Positions 50,076 to 61,492 of a stretch of DNA of 64,000 bases are shown here, one piece after another. The stretch covers positions 1,240,001 to 1,304,000 of the forward strand of contig OZ361257.1 in assembly GCA_977018835.1 (NCBI GenBank), read 5' to 3'. Each line of letters begins with the position of its first letter. Within the stretch, counting starts at the first letter, position 1. A model generated the notes under the pieces. That model saw only the letters and a list, made by a program, of their open reading frames with translations, was not told the DNA's origin and made no database searches. This DNA is from Minutocellus sp. GHC0000111. Taxonomy: Eukaryota. The translations under genes were made by a program, and so were the position numbers.

Positions 50076-50728
50076 ATGCGCGTGACTCATTGAATCTGAA
50101 GCACTCCCTTTTAAAATACAAAAAGTCAAATCCAAACTTTCCCCACGACGGGGAGTACCTGCTTCCACTTGTGAGATCTTTGTTCCGAATGCTCGCTTGC
50201 TTTCACTTCACTTGTGAGATCTTTGTTCCGAATGCTGGCTTGCTTTCTAAAATCTGAAACACGATCTGCCTGCCACAGCCGTTCAAGTTGGCATCGCCTG
50301 TGTTTTGCAGATGTTTCTACGATGTAACACGAGAGAGAGCAAGCAGCGCCAAAATCGACGGAAATAAGCGTGGAACATGTGTTTCTTCGTCGACCTAGTT
50401 TATTGCAACAAAAAAAAACTCACACCCTCTTATTGCTAGATGGGCCGCGCCCACCCTCCAAGCGGTGACGACTGTCTGTCTTAGAGGGCACCCGGGCCCA
50501 CGTAGCCACGTCGCATGTGAATGTCGCAAGTGACGTTGCGCCGTTGCGCCTTTCACTCACAACCCACTCGCCACATCATCAAAACTGGCGGATGCCATCT
50601 GCTCTCAACCTTCAATGGCCTGACTTTGCCGCCGATTGCCCATTCTGACTCCTTCGTCCTTCTTCTTCATCCCAAAACCACATTGGAGATGCTGGTCCTA
50701 CTAGCCGCTACGCAGCACCTCGTGGACC

Positions 50729-53434
50729 ATGTCGCCTCCAAGACATGGGAGCTCCGAGCATGTCGTCGCCGCCGAGGGCATTGATCAGCAGAGGCCTCGA
50801 TTTCATGTCGCCGTGCCAGCCTCCCAAAAACAAAGACCACGACGAGACACAAACGCAAATGCCGAGAAGAACGGATCACACACAAGCAGCTCAGGCACAT
50901 CGTCGGTGACCACCAGCCGCAGCTTCAACAGCAGCGAAAGCCGGCACAGCAGCCACGAGAGCTTCAGCGTTAGGAGCGAAGGAAGAATAGTAGGTAGGGG
51001 CGGTACCACTCGTGGCGGCCGTGTCCGTGGCAGGCCGTCCTCGTCAATTACATCATCGACAGCACCAAACATTGCTGGGGACGAAGTCATCCGACGACGC
51101 CAGGAGCGCAAGGCACGGTCGGCTAGACTGCTATCGGACCTAGACAATCGGCAACACCATCGGCGGTCGTCGAATGACAATCATGGAGACCAAAAGTCAT
51201 CGTCAGAGCGGGGTCATCCTCGCTCAGCACAGATTCCTCTTCGTGTCGATGAACATGCCAGTGTCTTAGCAGACATAACAGGCGGCGACACCAAGGAAAG
51301 AGTGAGAACTAGGAGTGCTAGTAGTAGCAAGAGCAGGCGCCGCTCGTCCATGGAACACATGGAACATGTTCCTACCTGTACTCACGACATTCGGAGCAGA
51401 AGCAGAAGCGCGTCCCGTCGACGATCAATGGAACACGCTCCTCATGCTTCCTCGGTCAACTCAGCTACACAAACGAAGACATCGCTTGCAACGGGCAGAG
51501 GCCGGCATCATTCGATGGAACATGCTTCGAGGGAAAAGCATCATGCACGTGAAACTGCCCCCTCTCGGTCGACTACCGGTACTGCCAGCAGACGCCGTGC
51601 ATCCATGGAGCATCACTTTTCTTGGAGCAATGCCCAAAAGGACACATCTGATATCTGGAGCGCATCATCCTCTCGGTCCGTTCGTGCTCATACCAAAGAA
51701 TTGAGGCAAGAACACGGAAATAGTGACGACGTTCAAAGGCGATCTTCCAGCAGCACAAGCAGTGGCAATAGCCGTGTCCATCTGCGCGCCCGTCGATCGA
51801 CGTCGATGGGTCATGGAACTTTGTGCGAACAGCCCGGTGCGAATCACACTGGGATTGAACCCACACCTCCGTCTGAGGCATCAAGCAGATACATACGAGA
51901 AGGTGCCAACGACGACACTTCCAAAAACACCCCGGGCACATCTAGTAGCGAGAATGGCCCTGGAAGACGACGACATTCCATGGGCCATCACCGAAGTGGC
52001 CATCCCTCTTCGTCTATGACGGCACCACCTGACTCCGTTCCTATAGGGAACGAACAGTCTCAGCCTGAAAGTGAAAATAGTTCTAGCAGCAGTCGAATGC
52101 TACAGGTCCTTCGTAGGGCGTCGATGCAACACAGCATGTCATTTCGTCGACTATCTATCAGCAACCATCCACCGCCGGCTGTCCAGGAGGAGGACACAAG
52201 CCAGAAGGCCGAGCGCCGAGACAGCATTAATAGCACGTCCAGCTTCCTTTCCCTCAAGGAGGAGATTCTGCCCCCTCGCACTTTGCGGCACGATCTAAAC
52301 TCCAGTTTCCGACGTGCGTCCCTGGAATCGGAACAATGCGAAGTCCCTCCTCCATCGGCCCCGCCGCAGCGCAATCGCACGTGGAGCGAGAATATTTCAT
52401 CAGGTGGAGCCATCTTGTCAATTCTCGGGCAAGGATTTCGCCAAGAGACCGAGGCAACCGAAGACAATAGCGACGATATATCTGTTGCAAGCGCTAGAAG
52501 CACCAACACTTCTTCCTTGCCATCTCGCAAGAGTTCTATCTTGTCTGGCTTTATATCCAATCTCGATAAAGAAGAGGAAGCGCCGTCTTCATCCACGTCA
52601 TTCTTCGCCAAAAGGAAAAGCAGTCTCGAAAGCATCAGTAGCAATACCAACACCGCAAACCGCGCTGCAGCTCCTTGCTCAAGCACATCACTCCCGTGCG
52701 TGGCTACAAGCAACGATCAAGGCGAAACTTCCACCGATAGCAGTAGATGGATGCTTGGCCTCAAACGCGAAGCTGTCGATGATGCCCCGCATGCTGATGA
52801 TGATCAATCGGCAACTACGTCGACGAGAGCACTTGCAGAGACTTCAGTCGAAAAGGTGAATGAAGTGAAGCAGATTGGAGCGAATATTCGCCAAACCATT
52901 CGATCCAGTATTCACCAAATGGCAATCCCTGAAGTCGGTAGTATGTACGAAGTTGATACCCAATTCGAGCCTTCAACAGAAAGACTTCATCGGACGGAGA
53001 GGGGGCGACGCCGCCAATCCACCTTCATGGAAATGGTCACCAACATAGCGAATGAGGCCGAGAAGACGACAGCGCCATCGTCGTCAAGCGATAGCTTTAT
53101 GAGCCGAGCCAGTCGACGAGCATCGATGAGGGCACGCAACGCCGATCCTTCCGTAGGGAATTCTTCTCGCCCGGCAAGTATCGTTGGCAGTGATGTTGTT
53201 GGTGCTTTCGCTGCAGCGGCCGAGTCGATGCGCGAGGACAAACACCGAGGAGCTCGCAGTACTAGTCAGCCGCCACGTGAGGAAATGCGAGTCTTTAATC
53301 CTAATAATTCCAAGGATGATCTCGGAAAGGAGCTATGGGATAGTGGAACTTTCGAGGTAGTTGATGGACTGATTACACTGGCACATCCCGACGATGAGGG
53401 AAAGGAGCACCACCCGGTTTTTAACTTCCTCTGA
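50729..53434 (+). CDS. Ser/Arg-rich disordered protein with repeated RxxSM(E/G/Q)H motifs
   Basis: 901 aa uninterrupted ORF, low complexity. Confidence 0.75.
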   Translation: MSPPRHGSSEHVVAAEGIDQQRPRFHVAVPASQKQRPRRDTNANAEKNGSHTSSSGTSSVTTSRSFNSSESRHSSHESFSVRSEGRIVGRGGTTRGGRVRGRPSSSITSSTAPNIAGDEVIRRRQERKARSARLLSDLDNRQHHRRSSNDNHGDQKSSSERGHPRSAQIPLRVDEHASVLADITGGDTKERVRTRSASSSKSRRRSSMEHMEHVPTCTHDIRSRSRSASRRRSMEHAPHASSVNSATQTKTSLATGRGRHHSMEHASREKHHARETAPSRSTTGTASRRRASMEHHFSWSNAQKDTSDIWSASSSRSVRAHTKELRQEHGNSDDVQRRSSSSTSSGNSRVHLRARRSTSMGHGTLCEQPGANHTGIEPTPPSEASSRYIREGANDDTSKNTPGTSSSENGPGRRRHSMGHHRSGHPSSSMTAPPDSVPIGNEQSQPESENSSSSSRMLQVLRRASMQHSMSFRRLSISNHPPPAVQEEDTSQKAERRDSINSTSSFLSLKEEILPPRTLRHDLNSSFRRASLESEQCEVPPPSAPPQRNRTWSENISSGGAILSILGQGFRQETEATEDNSDDISVASARSTNTSSLPSRKSSILSGFISNLDKEEEAPSSSTSFFAKRKSSLESISSNTNTANRAAAPCSSTSLPCVATSNDQGETSTDSSRWMLGLKREAVDDAPHADDDQSATTSTRALAETSVEKVNEVKQIGANIRQTIRSSIHQMAIPEVGSMYEVDTQFEPSTERLHRTERGRRRQSTFMEMVTNIANEAEKTTAPSSSSDSFMSRASRRASMRARNADPSVGNSSRPASIVGSDVVGAFAAAAESMREDKHRGARSTSQPPREEMRVFNPNNSKDDLGKELWDSGTFEVVDGLITLAHPDDEGKEHHPVFNFL

Positions 53435-53643
53435 ATAATGGGCTTTCTACAAGATCAACTTTGTGCCAACAAGGCTGCCTGTGACTTTTCTTGCTATAAT
53501 TTCAATGTAATATTAGGCTATTCATTACAATGCAGTGTTCACCTAGCTAGTAGTTCGAAACGACGCATGAACTGCATCATATCGTTTTAGACACACTTTC
53601 TTCTTCGAAACCCTCCTAGTTCAAGAGTAATATGTCGTTCAGC

Positions 53644-54318
53644 TTATCGACTGGGTTTTCCGTCGCTTGCGCTCCAATGTCCCCCGTGACTATCGCTGAG
53701 GCCGTGGCCTTCCTCCAATCTCTGCTTCATGGTTGCCCTTCGGCTCAGCCTTCGTCGGTTGCGTTCCCAGGCCTCACCCTGACTCGTTTTATCCTCGGCC
53801 CAGTGACCAGAATGCGAATCGGTCAGCCCATGGCCTTCCTCTAGCCGCTGCTGCATCGTCTGCCTTCGGCTCATTCTGCGCCGATTCCTCTCACGTATCT
53901 CCTCCTCTCTCTCCTGTGCCCTCTGCAGATCTCGTTGATAGTTTGACATGCCACCAGCAGTCGATACGGGACCCTCCTTTTCCCCTGCCTCGTAAATCGG
54001 AGCTAGGGCGTGCACGCGATTCTTTCCAGCGGCAGTTGCCATAACGAAAGATCCCAAGGCACCACCTACCATGACGGAAAGGAAAGCCGTGTTACGGGTG
54101 AAGCGGAAGGGAACGCCATTCGAGCCTGCAACCCTGAGCTGTTGCTTCTCGGGAAGCTTGTTGTAGATGTATTTGCTTATGGCGTGCGCCGCGAAACCTG
54201 TGATGCTTCCGTATGCCAGACCAGTGAATCCAGCCGTCCAAATATTCCGTCGGACATCACCCAAGGTTCGGATGTCATCCTTGGAGAGGGTATCGGGAGG
54301 TGAAAAGGCTCGTGACAT
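53644..54318 (-). CDS. Hypothetical two-TM membrane protein with duplicated C-terminal module
   Basis: Two Gly-rich hydrophobic segments; ERNRRR(M/L)SRR-TM-QRLEEGHGL-DSH-GHW twice. Confidence 0.7.
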   Translation of the reverse strand: MSRAFSPPDTLSKDDIRTLGDVRRNIWTAGFTGLAYGSITGFAAHAISKYIYNKLPEKQQLRVAGSNGVPFRFTRNTAFLSVMVGGALGSFVMATAAGKNRVHALAPIYEAGEKEGPVSTAGGMSNYQRDLQRAQEREEEIRERNRRRMSRRQTMQQRLEEGHGLTDSHSGHWAEDKTSQGEAWERNRRRLSRRATMKQRLEEGHGLSDSHGGHWSASDGKPSR

Positions 54319-54842
54319 GCTGCAGTGAATTCTCACGAAGACAGCAACAAGATTGGGACAAGGACAGGCAGAGCAGATTAGCCGAAAAGAGAACTTTCAC
54401 CCTCGAAAACTTTGGATAGGGGATCGGTTGGCGACTAGCTAGCTACGTGTAGTAGCTACGCGGGCAGCACACAGGGTTGCGTGGGCTTCTGGATGCAGCG
54501 CTGACGAATAATAAAGGATGATGATAATACGATGTGCTGGCGGCGCCTGCTCAGTGCCTCGCGATCGCAGGCAGGGCGGCTGCCGCTCTTAACTCGACTC
54601 GTTCGACTCGACTCGACTGTAGCGAAAATGCAAGCATGGGGATGGCGAGTTTTGGATGCTAGCTACCGTAGATCTACCCCCCACCATGGGGATGGCGAGT
54701 TTTGGATGATACCCCCCACCACCCCGGGGCAGACTAGAGAGATCTACAGGGCAATACATGTGATGTGCAAACGGCACATGTACAATAGCACACTTCAAAA
54801 CAAAATTACTGAGCTTATGTGCACTTTACATGTACCTAGGTA

Positions 54843-56522
54843 CAGTCCGTTCTCACCTATAGAGTGATTTCACGAGAGAGCAGACACCCCCTCCGCGATG
54901 TTTCGTAAACATTGTACCAACTTCCTTTTATTGATGATCCTTACTCAGAAGGGTATTGTAGACCATAATCAACAATAAAAGGAAGTTGGTACAATGATCT
55001 TGGTGCTCTTTTAGCACATGATATAGATACGGTATTAGAGTGTTTCTTTTGGTACACTATTGTTTGAAAATTTATTTTTATGTCGTAGAATACACTTGTG
55101 CTGTTTCAAGAAAGAAAAAATACATCAAACTTTATAACGAAACAAAACCCATTTCGTTCAACGAATGGGGCCACAACATGTGTCGCCGACGTGCCTCCCA
55201 TTGAGAACAATCAAGACTACGGGGCACCATACCCTTGTAATAGCCTTTCACAACACTGTGGTGCAGCAGGAGACTTGCAATTACTTTTTTGAGCCTTGAA
55301 AAATTCGTTCGCGTTAGACCCGATTTTTTCGACAGTTTCCGACGTTCCATCACGACCATGTTCGCCCGATGTACAGCACCACCCCGGCCATCGCATACAC
55401 TCTGACCACCTAGATGCCTTCCTGAATATTACTGGAAGGGATTTTTGGGCGATAGCGGTGCGTCGGTGCGTGCCTGTACCGCGAAATGTGGCCCAGCGCC
55501 ATTACCACCCCCATTACACCACCCATCCGAAAGTTGGTCCGGATGCTTTTATGCGGTCCATGCACCACTTCCGTTGCACTGAGCCGTCGACGCTTCACCC
55601 ATATATATACCAAGCGCATTTGAGTGGGGGGTGGTGGCATTTCTTGACAATTCATAGAGAAAACTATTCCCAAAGTCCCGTGTCTGATGTCGGCACCAGA
55701 TTTCACCTTCATTGCTTCTGCCGCCCGAGAGGAACGAAACCGGAGAAAGCAGCCAAACCAACACGTGAGATCGATGGATGTAATATAGAATGAGCATCGT
55801 GCGTGCTGATATTGCGTGAAGGAACAGTGGTTGAGGCTTGAAGGGGGTTGTAGTTGGGGATTTGCTACTTTCGGATGTTTTTGCTTTCCATGGTGACGGC
55901 CACAATGATACAAAGATGGGGCCCAATATCGACCCTCTGGCGCAAACTTGCTCCCAATATTACCCAAGTGAAAGTAATGCCGGTCAGGGAGGATTGAAAT
56001 GGATGTAGACAAGCATCAGCCATCATTCTTTGCCATTTTGAGGGTAAAAAAATATTGAAAATTTCTGGGCATGAGGAGATGTTGCTAAAATAGCACATGA
56101 TGTACGAATGAGTTTGCTTTCAAGTATGCAATACTCACCTAACGCATGAAGTTGGCGTATACATCGGTTGGCTTGGAGTTATTTATCGTTATACCATCAT
56201 TTGGTGGCCTTCTTGTGGAGATGAATTCTCCTTGCTTTCGCAGTGTTGAGAGAGGCCATTTAGTGGGTTCATTTTTGCGCTGCATAAAGTATCGCACAAA
56301 AAAATTTCCTAGTGCCTTACTATTTACGGCGATTTTGTCGGCGGTCTCGTGGAATCACTCTATAAGCAATTGAGACTCGGGCCCGAGGTCTCAAATTGCT
56401 TATTTTGGAATAAGGAATAACATGGGAATGAGGTACCAATTAGCTCTTAGAATAAGCAATATGCTCAGAATCTCAGCCCTCACCTAAGCAATTACCAATT
56501 GCTTATAGGTGAGAACAGACTG
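54843..56522. mobile_element. Non-autonomous Tc1/mariner-pogo-type DNA element, 1680 bp
   Basis: TA|CAGTCCGTTCTCACCTATA ... TATAGGTGAGAACAGACTG|TA (18 of 19 match, TA on both sides); subterminal inverted match 54858-54876 with ~56345-56364; no transposase recognised. Confidence 0.85.
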
Positions 56523-56636
56523 TAGATCTACTCATGTTCGCTCACGCTCAGAATGAGCGAGCTCGCTCCTTCTCATCATCTCACACTCTCGTCGTCTCTC
56601 CTCCTCCTCCCTCCTCAAGTCTACCGGTAGATAGAT

Positions 56637-57500
56637 CTACTTCCCAGCCGGCTGGATGAAATTGACCAGTTTTCCTCGCCGATTTGCCGCATCTTTCCAA
56701 TCACCAACATTGCGCCAATATATTTCGCTATATGTTGCCGTGGGATATTTGAATAGCATCCTGAAATAGGCAAGTCGCTGTAACAGATGTAGGCACGCCG
56801 GGTTGTGACCCACAATCATCACCCTCTTGTATTGCGAGTCCAACCCAAGCACATATTCGATGTATCCACCACTCTTGCCGGCAAGATCATACAATTTTTG
56901 GTCATAGACGATCGGTATATTCTCCATGCCAAGGGCTTTCACGGTTGCAACTGTCCGGGCAGATGGCGACGCGTAGATGATTTCGGGTGGGTCAATCTCT
57001 TCACTTTTCAAGTAATGTGATATGTGTCTGATCTCGTCTTCTCCAGTTTTGCTCAAAGGTCGATCAATGTCCTTCAGGCTGGGATCATCCCACGATGACT
57101 TGGCATGCCGAAGCACAATCAAGGTTCGGCTGGTGCGGCCGGTACCTCCGAGCAGCGGAAGATGATGATGACCGATTACCGGCATTTCATCGGTGGTCGA
57201 AGATTGTGTCGATAAAACAGTGCCGACCCCAACAAGTAGAAACGCCATCAGCAATGCCCCAATAAAGACGTTGGACTTGAGAGCTGATGCAGTTTCCTGT
57301 TGCCGAATTTGCATCTCAAATGACTCCTGGTACTCGGCACTTTGCCTTCTGTTCTGTTGGGTGTGCATGCGATCATCATCACTACTTTCTTCTTGCACTT
57401 CTCCCTCCGTTTCTTCCCTTATCGATCCGTAGTGCATCGTGTCATGAGAGCACCTGGAACCGAAAGTATTTAGCCGCTGTTCGCGATATGTTTCTTCCAT
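56637..57500 (-). CDS. SixA-like histidine phosphatase with N-terminal TM anchor
   Basis: LIVLRHAKSSW, DIDRPLS, ASPSART, MIVGHNP; TM VFIGALLMAFLLVGVGTVL. Confidence 0.88.
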   Translation of the reverse strand: MEETYREQRLNTFGSRCSHDTMHYGSIREETEGEVQEESSDDDRMHTQQNRRQSAEYQESFEMQIRQQETASALKSNVFIGALLMAFLLVGVGTVLSTQSSTTDEMPVIGHHHLPLLGGTGRTSRTLIVLRHAKSSWDDPSLKDIDRPLSKTGEDEIRHISHYLKSEEIDPPEIIYASPSARTVATVKALGMENIPIVYDQKLYDLAGKSGGYIEYVLGLDSQYKRVMIVGHNPACLHLLQRLAYFRMLFKYPTATYSEIYWRNVGDWKDAANRRGKLVNFIQPAGK

Positions 57501-57766
57501 TTTCGCGAGAGGGATTTGGCTCTTGGCCCTGGGTATGAGCGGCTTTGCACGCGTTGAAATGATTGCGACATGGCTTGGCGATGGCTCGGCTGACACCAAG
57601 CAAGGCTCTTTTCGGTATAGGCGTCACTTTTGCATCCCAGAAACACTCGGCTTCCCGCCGAACTTCTTACTACGCGTACCTAGGTAGCACTGCAACTCAT
57701 AATTGACTGCAAACCAACCTCGCTCCAACCCTGCCTGCCTCCTACCTCCACCCACAACCATGTACA

Positions 57767-58570
57767 ATGCCCTACACGTATTTCCATCGCCGACCGATTA
57801 GTCCCCTGCACGCCACCGTTCCCCTATCGTGGCGTGAGCGTGTCGTCTGGTCAGCAGTGGCTGTGCATGTGATGGTTCTGCTGTATCTCAAGGTCACATC
57901 GGCATCATCAGCACCAGAGCAGCCGATGAGGTCACAACTTGACGTGCCCGCATTCCATGGCGGGGACCCGAACGATTCCATCTATGGCTCGTGCTTTTAG
58001 GGAGCCGATGGATACACGATGTGCAGCCCCTTTCTGTCCGTGGGAGTATTGCTCATCCCCGACCAGCTGCATATAACGTCCTCAACGCCGCCACAGGTTT
58101 TACTTTCGCATCGTCCAGGCGAGGACCTGGGCATACTGCAGCGGCAGGTATCGGCGGGCGAGACAGCAGAATCGACACTGCGCAATCTGATCAAGGAGAG
58201 GATTGGGCTGGACATTCAATCATTGCCCGAGGGGAAGGGTCCGTCACTGCTGGGAATGTATTCGAAGCCGCCATCAGAAAGTGGCGCCAATGGCGCTTCT
58301 GCTCGCAGGCGCCAGCATACTGCTAGAGCCATGTACGTTCTCCATATATTGTCAATGTCGCCTGAGAAGCCATACACGGATCTTGTCAAAGTGCCCTTAT
58401 CGAGAAACGCTCGTCGAGAGCCTCTCCTGAATAAGGTTTCGGATGCCGATCGGGCTGTCCTCGAAGATTATGTGGACAATGCCGCAGCTATCCGGTACGA
58501 TGCTATAAGTTCAAGAAGATCGGCACACAATCAAGAGATTGGGCCAGACGTTGTCCGATCACTGTGCTAA
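57767..58570 (+). CDS. Membrane-anchored NUDIX-like protein, degenerate; in-frame TAG at 57998-58000
   Basis: TM segment, then GETAESTLRNLIKERIGL (Nudix-box-like) and LLGMYSKP...RRQHTA; the two ORFs share a frame. Confidence 0.6.
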
Positions 58571-58781
58571 TTGATACATATTGGATATACAAAGCTCATT
58601 TGAATGGCAATCAATTGACAGATAGATAGATGGGATGATTGCATCCATTTTGGGCTACTACGAGTACATGTACCGAATTTATGATACGTCCGCTAAACTC
58701 TTGGGAGCAGCGCGAACAAAGATTGAGGAGGGAAAGTCAAGAACAATTGCGCATTCATTTGCATCGATGATTCAAATCTAT

Positions 58782-60312
58782 CTAAACGGGAGCACCGCCG
58801 AGGACACCAGGACCGAACCAGTCGCTGCGATCAGCCGGCGACGAGGCGTCCGGCATCTTTGAGGGACCTGGCCAATTCTGCAGGGACATCATATTGCCGA
58901 CGGGAGAGGTCATATCGGCCAGGGGCATGGCCGAGACCTCCTTTGTGGGGGGAGATATCATTGCGAGGAGAGCTTCGGCGATACTGATATCATGCTGGGA
59001 GGTGTTGGATGGGACGGCGGCATTGTCACCGGTAAAGAGATGAGGGTGACGAATGCTGTCCTCTGTGGACAATGGCTCTGCCTCGATTGTTGGGAGACCA
59101 AGCGCAGGAAGAGGTTCTTCTTGCACTGGAGACGGGACGGGCGGGGGGATACAAGTATAGTGGTGAGTAACTCCAGCAAGTGCAGGTGGCATTGCATTTT
59201 CGTCGAGCTCGTCTTGAGGATAGTATCCATCACGATCGGAATTGTCGTTGGCAGATGGACTCGCCTCGTTGCCGACGGATGGACTTATCGCCAAAGGGCT
59301 CGTGGGCGGCATCTTGGAGGTGCCGCCAGTATAGTTGGCATGCGGCACGACTACAACATCGACAGGTGCGGCGATCTTTTCGGGAGTGGTAATGACGGCG
59401 GCGCTCTTCGCCGTTGCTGTTGCTGTTGCCTTGGCGGCGGCGGCGGCGGCACCAATGATGCCGGCACGGCGGATCTTCTTGCTACCGTTCCACTTGTTCT
59501 TCACGCAGTTGGCAGTACGGCCGGGAAGCTGGGCCGAGATTTGGGACCACCTGTTTGAGTGCAATGGGATGGATAGTATTGAGATGAGGTGGTATGAAGG
59601 TGTTTGGGTGAGAAATGAGCACTTTATGCGTGGGTGGCACAGCGGCGATCTTTGTTCGTCTTCACCACTATACTAATCCACCACCAGTAATAGGCCACCC
59701 CCCCTACAACCAATCCTCCAATATACTACATTGTTGCCGCATAGCCAAATCAACTCACTTGTTTCCCAGCTCCTTCTGCAGGCGTATGACGAGGGCCGTC
59801 TCCTCCTCGGTCCAATCTCCGCGCTTTACAGCAGGATCAAGAATGTTGAGCCACCTCTCCCGCAGCTGCTTGGAATTGCGCGACGCGCCGTAGGCCTTGG
59901 CAACGTGGATCCAGCGGATGCCGCCGCTGACTCCGGCCCGTTGTCCTTGCTGGTTCTTTTTCTGCTGCCGTTGCTCCTGCTCGACGAGGAGGCGTAGGCG
60001 CCGGTCCTCGGCGGCTGTCCACGGGGCGCTCTTCTTCTTCACCACAGTCTTGGTGGCATTGGTGGCCGCTGTCTTCTTTCTCTTCTCCTTGGTCACGGTG
60101 GCGACTCTCTTCTTGTTCTTATTGGAGGAACTGGCCACGGTTGCCTTCATTGTCATTGCGGTTGGATTGCCTGCAGCAGCAGTGGCGGCGGTGGCGGCGG
60201 CGGTAGCCTTGACCTCCGCCGCCACCGCCGCTCCAGGGTCGAAATGGACTGGCTCCTTGCGGGAACGGGAGGTGGATCGGCTGCTAACGTTGGTAATGGT
60301 GCTGGACAACAT
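58782..60312 (-). CDS. Two-repeat MYB transcription factor (intron 59551-59758)
   Basis: WTAAEDRRL, RNSKQLRERWLNILDP, WTEEE...LGNK|WSQISAQLPGRTANCVKNKWN. Confidence 0.93.
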
Positions 60313-60528
60313 GGTGGAGGATTGACTACTGATCGGCTACTTTGGCCAATCTGCAAATCGTCCAGCCAAGCATAAGCCATCGCCAGGTTAGATCCTTCCG
60401 GGTTTCTTTTTACACATCGCCGCACTCGAGCTTCACCGAGATCGAGAATTTGCCTGGGATATCCTGACTACTACTTGACTTGTACATTACCACATTAACC
60501 CTTCTGCGTAGTATCTTGATTCAACGCA

Positions 60529-61317
60529 ATGAGCCTAAGAGCCCTTGGATTCTGCGGTGCTGATGATAGCGTCAGTCCAAAGCTGCTTGGCGTCATCTGC
60601 CAGTCCTATCCGTTTGTTGAATTTGGCGTCTTGTTCCGTCCCGATTTGGAGGGGCAGCCACGATATGCCACGGCGTCGTGGGTCCAGCAATTGGGCGACG
60701 TGGCCTCCAAATCGAATGGCAGGATGAAACTCGCGGCGCACTTGTGTGGCGGAAGGGTCATGGAGGTGCTGAGTGGAGACGATGCCTTCGTATCGACGCT
60801 GCCCGCGTTGGGATTCAAGCGTGTGCAAATCAATGCCACGGCCGTGAACGGGGTGGACACCTCGTCGTTGGCGGCGGCTGTGCCGGCCGTGGCGGCGTTG
60901 ATGGCACGTCATCCGGAATTGGAATTCATTATACAAAAGAATGATGAGACCGAACCACTATGGAGAGGACTGCTCGAAAGTGACGGTGAGAAAATGGGTG
61001 CGGTCGGATGCCTCTTATCGAATGTTGCCATGCTGGTCGATGAGAGCAAGGGAACTGGCGTACTGGCCTCCTCGTGGCCATCTCCACCGGAGGGGTACAA
61101 CATTGGATATGCCGGTGGTATTGGCCCTGCCAACATCCAAACGGTGTTGAAGGACGTAACGACGGCAGCCCAAGGGAGAGATATTTGGATTGATATGGAA
61201 AGTAGCCTGCGAAGTACCAAGAATGGCAAAGATGTCTTTGATCTTGACAAATGCTACCGGTGCATTGAGGCCGTTTGCGATATGGGAATATTTGAGCATC
61301 CCGATTATCTGAAATGA
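60529..61317 (+). CDS. Phosphoribosylanthranilate-isomerase-like TIM-barrel protein of uncertain function
   Basis: VEFGVL, AAHLCG, RVQIN, LVDESKGTG, GYAGGIGPANI, WIDMESSLR. Confidence 0.7.
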   Translation: MSLRALGFCGADDSVSPKLLGVICQSYPFVEFGVLFRPDLEGQPRYATASWVQQLGDVASKSNGRMKLAAHLCGGRVMEVLSGDDAFVSTLPALGFKRVQINATAVNGVDTSSLAAAVPAVAALMARHPELEFIIQKNDETEPLWRGLLESDGEKMGAVGCLLSNVAMLVDESKGTGVLASSWPSPPEGYNIGYAGGIGPANIQTVLKDVTTAAQGRDIWIDMESSLRSTKNGKDVFDLDKCYRCIEAVCDMGIFEHPDYLK

Positions 61318-61492
61318 GGGGGGTCTTTGTGTTTGGTGGGTTCTCTATGGAATATGCATATAATATATATGCCAAACAGCACAAAAGCCTTTTACTATGA
61401 AATGATATCGATATTATGACAAAGACTTGGCTAGCTAGCTAATAGTTGACAAAATCCAATAGCATTTTACGTAGTAAAAATATGCAACCAAT

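Noticed and set aside
4816..58000. Reassignment of TAA/TAG to Gln
   Set aside because: ARL2, the kinase and the transporters end at TAG or TAA at expected positions, long ORFs use CAA/CAG throughout, and frameshifts are as common as stops.
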